From Candidatus Thorarchaeota archaeon (GTDB lineage Archaea > Asgardarchaeota > Thorarchaeia > Thorarchaeales > Thorarchaeaceae), in NCBI GenBank assembly GCA_038893995.1, contig JAWAQK010000057.1, positions 1 through 14,385 on the forward strand: a stretch of DNA of 14,385 nucleotides, written 5' to 3'. Positions within the stretch are counted from its first letter, which is position 1. Each line of letters begins with the position of its first letter. The notes under the pieces were generated by a model. The model saw only the letters and a list, made by a program, of their open reading frames with translations, was not told where the DNA came from and searched no databases. Made by a program: the position numbers and the translations under genes. Of the stretch, positions 1-7,284 are shown one piece after another.

Positions 1-80
1 TTGTTGTTGTTCGTGAACGTGCGGCGGGCCGCCGAAGAGGCGGGCAATCAAGCGCCAGCGCACGTGTAGAGCCGCACGGC
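1..80. other. Compositionally foreign high-GC segment joined to the truncated transketolase (probable chimeric contig end or insertion boundary)
   Basis: Positions 21-80 are 45/60 = 75% GC, well above the rest of the window. Position 1 starts with (TTG)n. Transketolase-like sequence stops after ...WDENLPTY and runs into [11 protein letters not shown]-stop. Confidence 0.55.
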
Positions 81-1130
81 CGTGTAGGTGGGCAGATTCT
101 CATCCCAACCCCGAGGAAGCCTTGCAGAGAATCGCCTCGTCAGCTCGTCTGCTAGATCAGGATACGATTCGGCATACTCTCTGAAGCGTTCTCTCCAATC
201 TGCTTCGAGTCGCTCACCACGAGAGACTGCTTGGCGAAAGTGCTCGAGCACATCATCCGGTACGAAGAACCACGGCTCAGTAGGCCAGCGGAGATGATTC
301 TTAGCCGCAGTTAGCTCATCGACACCAGGGGGAGATCCATGACACTCCTCGGTGTTCTGCTTATTCGGTAGACCATAGCCGATGCATGTCCTGCATAGTA
401 TCAGGGAGGGACGTGGATCACGCAGAGCTGAATCGATTGCCCTGCGAATCAACTCTATGTCATTGCCGTCGGTGACCCTGACTGTATGCCATCCCTGGGC
501 TGAGAATCTGGATTCCACGTCCTCGGTGAAAGTGATGTCAGTTCGGCCGTCGATAGAGATCTCGTTGGCATCGTATAGTACGGTGAGCTTTCCAAGACCG
601 AGATGGCCGGCTATTGATGCCGCCTCCGATGATATTCCCTCCATCAGGTCACCATCACTTGCAAGCACCCAAGTACGGTGATCGACTACAGTGTGTCCGG
701 GACGATTGAAGAGCGATGCTAAGTGCGCCTCAGCTAGCGCTAGACCGACTGCATTCGCAAAGCCTTGTCCCAGTGGTCCAGTAGTCACCTCTACACCAGG
801 TGTCACTCCACGTTCAGGGTGACCTGGGGTCTTACTACCCCACTGCCGAAAGCGCTGAATCTCATCCAGGGACAAGTCGTAGCCCGTCAGATACAGGAGA
901 GAATACAGGAGCATTGAACCATGGCCTGCTGAAAGCACGAATCGGTCCCGATCGGGCCAGTCAGGATTTCTAGGGTTGAATCGGAGGTACCTCGTCCACA
1001 GGGTGTAAGCCAATGTCGCCGCGCCCATGGGCATCCCAGGGTGGCCAGAGTTCGCCTTCTGTACGGCATCGGCGGACAAGAATCTGATTGTGTTGATTGC
1101 ACGCTCCTCGAGTCTACTGAGACTGGTCAT
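48..1130 (-). pseudogene. tkt: Transketolase, bacterial single-chain (TktA-like) type; only the N-terminal ThDP-binding domain is present (about 350 native aa, C-terminal half missing). May be an assembly truncation rather than a true pseudogene.
   Basis: Motifs [42 protein letters not shown], the ThDP motif SDGDLMEG...N, IGYG and HGSP are present. ATG at 1130 (MTSLSRLEE...) is preceded by GGAG. Full-length enzymes are about 660 aa; this frame stops at 48-50. Confidence 0.85.
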
Positions 1131-1242
1131 TTGACACTGCTCCGTACGGTTTGCGAGTCGAGCCCTAGTGTTGGGAGGGGGCACAGACGGGGATGGGCGA
1201 AATAATACCACCTTTTTTGGTTGTCGCCTTGCAGACTCGATA

Positions 1243-1283
1243 AACGAAGAAGAAAGAGGGGGGAAGGCGGTGAGAGCCTTCCC
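1243..1283 (-). terminator. Stem-loop plus pyrimidine tract downstream of the 1293..2234 gene
   Basis: Perfect 8-bp stem GGGAAGGC (1261-1268)/GCCTTCCC (1276-1283) with a 7-nt loop, followed on the minus strand by CCCTCTTTCTTCTTCGTT. It begins 10 nt after the stop codon. Confidence 0.55.
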
Positions 1284-1292
1284 TCAGGTACA

Positions 1293-2234
1293 CTACTTGC
1301 GGAGCTTCAGTGCGACAGCGACTACAACGATCAGGACGATGCCACCTATCAGCAGAGTGGAAGGATCTACCGGCAGTCCAGTAGTCGAAACCACACCGAG
1401 CACGGGGTCGTACTCAAGCGTGCTGTTGCCGAAGTATGCGAATGCGAGATAGATGGAGGTTCCAGCCTCCTGACCGGTTCCCTCACCGTGCGATGCTCTG
1501 ACCTGGATCATGTTCTGTGCTGCTAGAGCTGTCTCCTCGTACTGCATGTATCCGTTGCCAAAGCGGAATGTGGTCTGCTCACGGTAGAGGCCACTGGGAG
1601 GCCGTGTTCCCTGGTTCTCACCATGATTGCTCTCAGTCACAGTGAACTGAAACACAAGCATCGAGTCATCGTAGGTCCATTGCCAGCCTGAGATGATCAG
1701 GTCGAACTTGAACTGATTCGGAGCGCTGACAGACATGTGAACACGGATCTGGACCTGTACGTCAAACGGTGAGAGTGGGGGTAGCGGGCCATAGGGATTT
1801 CCCGGCAAGTCCGGACGGGGATCGAAGTTCTGCGTACTTGTGAAGTTGAAGTGGATCGCGGTGACATTCCCGTTGGACGTTTCTGTCGAGAATCCACTGA
1901 ACTCCCAGTTAGTCGATGGCAAGGCGAAGACGGGACCCACAATATGATCCACACCAGGAGTAAAGACTGCATCAGAGTCTGTGTCGCTGGCCTCGAAGAT
2001 CTTTACGAACATGACGTGATAGTTCACAGTGGGATTCACAGGGCTCCAGTAGTGGAAGTGGGGCACCTGTCCTGCGGCAGTCACCTTGACTGCGAGTTCG
2101 CTCGTTTCGAAGGATGCAATCCCAGCTTGGTAGCGGTACTGAAGCTGACTTCCCTGTGCCGACACAAGCGGCACACAGAGCGCTATCATCGCGATAGCAG
2201 CGAGTGCAACCAGAGTTGCTTTGTGTGACTTCAT
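1293..2234 (-). CDS. Secreted/cell-surface protein with an N-terminal signal peptide and a C-terminal membrane anchor (313 aa)
   Basis: MKSHKATLVALAAIAMIALCVPLVSA|Q is signal-peptide-like. The body is rich in beta-strand-like sequence. The C-terminus has TM LLIGGIVLIVVVAVAL plus KLRK. N-glycosylation sequons NVT, NFT and NST are present. GGTGA RBS lies before ATG 2234; the ORF track's GTG 2252 is an alternative. Confidence 0.85.
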   Translation of the reverse strand: MKSHKATLVALAAIAMIALCVPLVSAQGSQLQYRYQAGIASFETSELAVKVTAAGQVPHFHYWSPVNPTVNYHVMFVKIFEASDTDSDAVFTPGVDHIVGPVFALPSTNWEFSGFSTETSNGNVTAIHFNFTSTQNFDPRPDLPGNPYGPLPPLSPFDVQVQIRVHMSVSAPNQFKFDLIISGWQWTYDDSMLVFQFTVTESNHGENQGTRPPSGLYREQTTFRFGNGYMQYEETALAAQNMIQVRASHGEGTGQEAGTSIYLAFAYFGNSTLEYDPVLGVVSTTGLPVDPSTLLIGGIVLIVVVAVALKLRK

Positions 2235-2263
2235 GACATCACCGACGACCACTTAGTGTAGAG

Positions 2264-2271
2264 TATTTATA
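2264..2271 (-). promoter_or_regulatory. Archaeal TATA box for the surface-protein gene
   Basis: TATAAATA on the minus strand, about 30 nt upstream of ATG 2234. Confidence 0.6.
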
Positions 2272-2377
2272 GCAACCATTAATGAGAATCGGAGGACTGT
2301 GTATGCAAGGAGAACCATAATTGGCCATGGGCAGTCAATTCGATTTATGAAACTTTGAAAGCTCGTAAAGAGGGATC

Positions 2378-3061
2378 TTACGTCTGAAACTCCTCACCCG
2401 TCTTCTCATAGATAAAACCTTTCTGAAGCAGGTCATTCAATATACCTGCAAAACCCGGGCACAGACTCCAGTGCATCTCGAAGCGGCAGGACTCGCATGT
2501 ATGAAGTATCTCGAGAGAGCGTTTGATCATGAGCAGCGAAAGAACAGCAATGTAAATTGAGAACAGGACGTACATCTCTTCGGGGGGCATATTAAATGGA
2601 AGTCCATCACGTAGAAGTATGCTAGTCGTAATGGCTCCGAAGGAGGTACCCAGGAGGAACTTCGACGCCCCCTTTCTCTTGAGAGTTTCTGCAACTTTTC
2701 CCAGTGACAGCACCGCATAGATGGCCGTGCCAGCAACGCCGCAATAGAATAGCCATCCGACACTCATAGGGGGAGTAGTGAGAAGGTATAGTGACAGGAA
2801 TAACGATAGGCTGCCTGCGAAACCAAGACTACTGAAGAAACACCCAATGCACCAGTTGCGGCCTCTCATGCAGAACACGTGACCTGCGTATGGTAAACAG
2901 ACGGGATGGTGGGAGGTCAGAAAGGAGGACAAGACTCTCAGAAAGGTCATTGGGCGACTTATTATGAGTGTGAAATTCAGTGCAAACGATCTGGACAGCA
3001 GTGAGGGGGGCGATGATTCGTCAGGTATCGGCTCCTCGACTATGTTCCACCCCCCATTCAC
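2378..3061 (-). CDS. Hypothetical 4-TM membrane protein with Cys/His clusters (DUF2085-like, possibly metal-binding); start uncertain
   Basis: An HHPxC..x5..H..CIGC motif precedes four hydrophobic segments, and CESC-x8-CPGF follows them. It is co-oriented and 43 nt downstream of 3105..3479. Confidence 0.75.
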   Translation of the reverse strand: MNGGWNIVEEPIPDESSPPSLLSRSFALNFTLIISRPMTFLRVLSSFLTSHHPVCLPYAGHVFCMRGRNWCIGCFFSSLGFAGSLSLFLSLYLLTTPPMSVGWLFYCGVAGTAIYAVLSLGKVAETLKRKGASKFLLGTSFGAITTSILLRDGLPFNMPPEEMYVLFSIYIAVLSLLMIKRSLEILHTCESCRFEMHWSLCPGFAGILNDLLQKGFIYEKTGEEFQT

Positions 3062-3104
3062 ACTTGTATACCCATATCAATCCAATCTGACATAGGCATC
3101 GAGC

Positions 3105-3479
3105 TCATATGGTGGGCAGGAAGTATAGTAGGAAGGCGAGTCCACCAAGGAATACAAAGACTATTACAAGGAATATGATCACGATTAGGATGAGTGAGAT
3201 CAACCATGCCACAATTGCACCGCCCCATCCAACCTCGTGCCTGCTCTTGATGATGTACCATTGAACAATAATTGCAATGCAGCCACCGAGGATGGGAATA
3301 ATGACTAGGAGATAGGTCAATGCCATGAAGATAGCTGTGACAAAGGTCGTTCCGAACTCGCGATTCCGACCATTCACAGCACCTAATGCAAATCCTAAGA
3401 CCAACGCATTGACTATCAGAGACACGACAAACAGTAAGATAGGTAGCGAGAGCACCAATAAGAGCTGCAATGCCGACAC
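3105..3479 (-). CDS. Small hydrophobic multi-pass membrane protein (Yip1-like architecture, unassigned)
   Basis: 124 aa with 3-4 long hydrophobic stretches. The start is GTG 3479 or TTG 3470 (AGGTG upstream of the latter). Confidence 0.8.
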   Translation of the reverse strand: MSALQLLLVLSLPILLFVVSLIVNALVLGFALGAVNGRNREFGTTFVTAIFMALTYLLVIIPILGGCIAIIVQWYIIKSRHEVGWGGAIVAWLISLILIVIIFLVIVFVFLGGLAFLLYFLPTI

Positions 3480-3746
3480 CTGCCGTTTCGTGTGTTCGCA
3501 AGGACCCTAATAACTTTACTGACCTCAGGGCAGGGTGGACATATCTAATGCGAGAAACAGAAGACCGTCATCGGTCAGGAATGAAAATTGGACGCAGATC
3601 CCACGTTCATAGGTGACTAGAAATGACAACACATTGGAGAACGGCAACAGCCCAGTCACTACGTCGATGACAGAGGCAAACGGTTTTATCTGATGAGGGG
3701 ATAAGATGAAACCCCGTTGATAGGAACTAGCGTGAGAGGATGAGAA

Positions 3747-4127
3747 ATGTCAAAGAACTGGATGCAGACAGCGGACTGGAAATCGGAGAAGCACGTGCCG
3801 GTGATTGACATCGAGAAGATGGGCAAGGGAGTGTTCAAGATCATCATAACGGTAGGCAAGGAGATACCCCATCCCAATACAACTGCGCACCACATTAAAT
3901 GGTGCGATGCGTTCTTCTGGGCGGACGGCGACAAGTTTCCGGTTGAGATAGGGTACACTACATTTGATCACCATGGGGAATCGGTAGAGGGCCCAGACAA
4001 GAGTGAGATGTACTCAGAACCATACGCCGCCTTTGTGTTCAAGACGGAAAAACCGGGTCTGATAATGGCAACATCATACTGCAACATTCATGGACTCTGG
4101 AAGTCGGAGAGGAGACTCGAACTCTAG
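3747..4127 (+). CDS. sor: Superoxide reductase, 1Fe/neelaredoxin type (class II SORL domain)
   Basis: EKHVP, PHPNTTAHHI and YCNIHGLW supply the His4-Cys iron ligands. There is no N-terminal desulforedoxin domain. GAGAGGA RBS upstream. Confidence 0.95.
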   Translation: MSKNWMQTADWKSEKHVPVIDIEKMGKGVFKIIITVGKEIPHPNTTAHHIKWCDAFFWADGDKFPVEIGYTTFDHHGESVEGPDKSEMYSEPYAAFVFKTEKPGLIMATSYCNIHGLWKSERRLEL

Positions 4128-4442
4128 CGAGGTCAGTAACTCTCTCTAGTGGACGCCGATCCCCTGCTTCAGGGGAGTAGTCCCAGCATGAGTTACAGCG
4201 TCCATTCAAGAGCTCAGACCAAGTCGGTGAATCATGTGTCTGAGAGAGCGATAGTGGTATCCGGGCGTCAGTAACCGATGAGTCCAGGTGAACCAGTTTC
4301 CAGACTGAGAATGCCTAGCGCTGACCCTGGGTCCACCAAACCGATCTCACGAAGTTGAGGACACCTATATGCTTATAGATGAGAACTTGCTGCGTTGCCC
4401 CCAACTACAGGAGTGTTGCCACTCTGAAAGTGTGGGATAGGC

Positions 4443-4973
4443 ATGAACTCAACCCTCTACATGGCACTGGTAGCAATCTTCACGGCTCTTGTGATGGTGG
4501 CAACTGTTGTAGTTTCGATCCCATTCCCCACGAGTACAGGCTACCTCAACTTCGGCGACACATTGGTAATGACGTCTGGATTCTTGCTCGGTCCAGTTGG
4601 AGGGTTCTTGGCCGGTGGGATCGGCTCGGCAATGGCGGATGTGAGCCTGGGATACACACACTTTGCACCCATAACCCTACTTGTGAAGGGCACGGAGGGC
4701 ATGATCGTGGGCTTCTTCAGCCGTAGGTCAGCAACTGCAAGTAGAATTACTGCCACAGATGCCATGGGGTTGTTTCTGGCAGCCGTGACCATGCTTCTGG
4801 GGTACTTCACATACGAAACCCTCCTGTTTGGATATCAGGTTGCGCTGGCGGAGTTGTTGACGATCAATATTCTTCAAGTCTCAGTCGGTGCTCTGGTGGC
4901 GTCGCTCATAGGTCCAACTCTGCGTACATACGTACGTTCAATTCTGATTGGAGAAATGTCTGGTGAACAGTGA
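4443..4973 (+). CDS. ECF transporter S component (COG4720, PdxU2/HmpT-like; substrate uncertain)
   Basis: About 5-6 TM helices with the N-terminal AxxxA motif (VAIFTAL), GYLNFGD, GPVGGFLAGGIGSAMAD..GY..FAP.TL..KG and a late NILQ motif. Confidence 0.9.
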   Translation: MNSTLYMALVAIFTALVMVATVVVSIPFPTSTGYLNFGDTLVMTSGFLLGPVGGFLAGGIGSAMADVSLGYTHFAPITLLVKGTEGMIVGFFSRRSATASRITATDAMGLFLAAVTMLLGYFTYETLLFGYQVALAELLTINILQVSVGALVASLIGPTLRTYVRSILIGEMSGEQ

Positions 4974-5074
4974 CGTCCATTGCAGAGAAGACATACACAA
5001 GGGTTACGCGTATCAAGCAGATCTCGACTCAGAGAATGTTCTGACCAAACGACACCCTGTGAGGGTTGCAAAAT

Positions 5075-6355
5075 ATGACGGATAAGAGAAAACTGTTGAT
5101 TGATGTTCGGCAAGTCGAAGAGATAAACAAGTTCCTGATGCAGGATGACAATCCTCTTGTAGATGGTCTACTGGAGATCATCGACAAGTACGGAGGCGTC
5201 GATCAGATCAATCGATTAGCACGAGAGGCACGCAGACTCGAGAATCTCATGGCAGCACTTGAGAAGAAGCATTCTCCGTTCGTCAAGGATCTGAGATGGC
5301 TTGAGGATCAGCGAGAGAGAGAGGCCTTCGTATCCATCTCAGAGTATCGGAGAAGGCTGCTCGGACCCGAGGCTGAGTCCATGACATTCAATGATAGACT
5401 TGCGGTAACCCTCGAGATAAGTGCGTGTCAGTACTTCCCATGGCTGATTGAGGAGGCAAGGGTTGCAATTGCCAATCAGGATCTCATGCCCGGCCGCTTC
5501 ATCAGAGTAAGAAACATGAGGGAACAGGTAGAAGATGATCATATCGCCGCCTTTGCCGCTGCAATGCAGATAATCGGCTCGTCCTATGTGGAAACTCTCG
5601 ATACGAAAGGGACTATGCCGGGTCCTGATGGTGCCCCACTGAATGTTCACCTAGGCGGACCAGACACGATCACAGGATACTTCGGCGGCGTGGGAATGCC
5701 CAATGATCTTCCGTTGAGATGGGTGGAGGAGTACCTGCACTACTACACACGGTATGGCATCAGACAGGTGCTGAATGTAAATCCTGGAACCATTCTCCTG
5801 GGGTACCTAATGCACAAACTGGGAATAGATATCGAGTTCAAGATATCGGTCTTTGTTGGGAACGACAATCCCTTTTCATGTCTATGGACCCTGATGACGG
5901 CAAAGCTCTTCAGCCGGGACGATGGAACGACACCCCTCTGCGGCTTCAACTTGTCGAATAGTGTGAACAACGACACCATAGAGAGAGCAAGCTTCATTCG
6001 AGAGTGTCTTGGACTAGAGGATGTTGTTCGTATCGAGCACCACATAACCGAGACCTGGAAGAGCATCGTTCGTCAACCCTACGATCGACTTCCCGAACTG
6101 GTTGAGATTGCTAGTCGGGTGCCAAACATAAGTGCAAAACACGAGGGCGGAACACCCGAAGTGGAGAGAACTCGAGATCATCCAAGTGACATTCTGGACT
6201 ACTTCAAGAAGAAGAGCGACATCGAGGCACACGGGGAGATGCCTTTGTTGTTACGAAACTACTTGGACAAGCATGATGCTGTCAACCGGACCGCTCGGGA
6301 GTTGACCAAGAGAGGACTCACGTTCGTCGCAGCGCCGCTCCTTCATCGCAATTAG
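5075..6355 (+). CDS. Conserved-looking hypothetical soluble protein (426 aa), possible metal-dependent alpha/beta enzyme
   Basis: Long clean ORF with GAGGG RBS before ATG 5075 (track start TTG 5066). Gly/His/acidic motif blocks include ETLDTKG, HLGGPDTITGYFGGVG, FKISVFVGNDN, RIEHHITE and AKHEGG. No family confidently recognised. Confidence 0.85.
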   Translation: MTDKRKLLIDVRQVEEINKFLMQDDNPLVDGLLEIIDKYGGVDQINRLAREARRLENLMAALEKKHSPFVKDLRWLEDQREREAFVSISEYRRRLLGPEAESMTFNDRLAVTLEISACQYFPWLIEEARVAIANQDLMPGRFIRVRNMREQVEDDHIAAFAAAMQIIGSSYVETLDTKGTMPGPDGAPLNVHLGGPDTITGYFGGVGMPNDLPLRWVEEYLHYYTRYGIRQVLNVNPGTILLGYLMHKLGIDIEFKISVFVGNDNPFSCLWTLMTAKLFSRDDGTTPLCGFNLSNSVNNDTIERASFIRECLGLEDVVRIEHHITETWKSIVRQPYDRLPELVEIASRVPNISAKHEGGTPEVERTRDHPSDILDYFKKKSDIEAHGEMPLLLRNYLDKHDAVNRTARELTKRGLTFVAAPLLHRN

Positions 6356-6518
6356 GGTTCTAGCTGGTGCGCACAGTCCGACAGGGACGCTATCAGACCT
6401 CAGTCAGGTACAGGTCTCGATGACGAAGAGTGAACCGTGACAATGGGGTGTCCACTTAGGCCTTGGCATCCGTGACGCTCAGCAGGCCCAGACAGATACT
6501 ATTCAGCAGGGTCTGGAA

Positions 6519-6986
6519 CTACATCCACTGCTGGATGTTATCGTCGTAGATCTTCTGAAGACGTTCCTTGTGGAAACGCTCCTCCTTGGCAAGAGTTTCG
6601 AACACAGACCTATGTGATGACTGAGTAGTCAGTTCTGATAAGACCCTGTAGAAGTTGTACGACGCATCCTCTCGCTTCATGGCAACTATGAGAACCTCCT
6701 GGGGGGTTGCATTTGCCATGAGAGGAATCTCTAGAAGGTACTGACTCAGGTCGAGACGCTTGATGTCTTCCGCGGTACACCCAAAGGTATCACAGACTCC
6801 ACCCTTTAGAGCCGTCATGAGTTTCTCCTTATGCATCTTCTCTTGACTGGCAAGTTCTAGCAGGAGCTTCGATGAAGACTTGAGCTCCGCCCTTGCCGCG
6901 GACTCCGTATAGAAGGAATAGGCCTCCTCTTCTCGTTGAATCGCCAGGGATATCAGTTTCTCAAATGAGCCTTGTATTGTTGACAT
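6519..6986 (-). CDS. Rubrerythrin/ferritin-like diiron protein lacking a rubredoxin domain (155 aa)
   Basis: Duplicated diiron pattern REEEAYSFY...EKMH / REDASYNFY...ERFH. SD GAGGAGGT (6993-7000) lies 6 nt before ATG 6986. Confidence 0.92.
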   Translation of the reverse strand: MSTIQGSFEKLISLAIQREEEAYSFYTESAARAELKSSSKLLLELASQEKMHKEKLMTALKGGVCDTFGCTAEDIKRLDLSQYLLEIPLMANATPQEVLIVAMKREDASYNFYRVLSELTTQSSHRSVFETLAKEERFHKERLQKIYDDNIQQWM

Positions 6987-7023
6987 GGCAATACCTCCTC
7001 TTGTCAGTCCTAACCGTCCCCGC

Positions 7024-7030
7024 TTTAAAT
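7024..7030 (-). promoter_or_regulatory. TATA box for the rubrerythrin-like gene
   Basis: ATTTAAA on the minus strand, about 24 nt upstream of the SD and about 40 nt upstream of the ATG. Confidence 0.55.
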
Positions 7031-7284
7031 GCAGTGTGATGGTTCCATGACTGTGACAGATCCGCCAGGAACAGCCGCCAGCAGAACAGAGGCCCTCACC
7101 GTGCTCTCGAGTGAGCAAACAAGTGAGAACGATCAGTGGCATACGGGTGGCTGATGGTTGCGTATCTCATCACTTATATCCTTACCACGACCAGTCTGAG
7201 GATGAAAGGGCTTAATCCTCCGAAGCCCTGAATGTAATCACTTTCGGGCCACCCATGCTGTCGGACCGAAAAGGGGTGCTGAAC

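Noticed and set aside
1131-1211. Pro-rich N-terminal extension of transketolase
   Set aside because: Family similarity begins at about ATG 1130, which has an RBS-like GGAG.
3524-3545. CTCAGGGCAGGGTG resembles the 5' end of an FMN riboswitch
   Set aside because: The following conserved blocks (AAATTCCC.ACCG, AGCCC, GCCGACAGT, GTCTGGATG) are absent, and the downstream gene is sor.
3690-3720. CTGATGA...GAAAC looks like a hammerhead ribozyme core or C/D box
   Set aside because: No stem II can form between CTGATGA and GAAA (the CCCC lies after GAAA), there is no stem III/UH, and there is no canonical D box.
4128-4250. Possible SECIS element or Sec/Pyl recoding
   Set aside because: No adjacent gene has an in-frame TGA/TAG at a conserved position. 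The TAG/TGA stops of sor, sufB, sufC and serS fall at the expected family C-termini.
6394-6417. AGACCT...AGGTCT stem between convergent genes
   Set aside because: A 6-bp stem with a large loop and no U-tract is within chance expectation.
6987-7142. Cys/His-containing N-terminal extension on the rubrerythrin-like ORF
   Set aside because: It spans the gene's own SD and TATA box. ATG 6986 is the better start.
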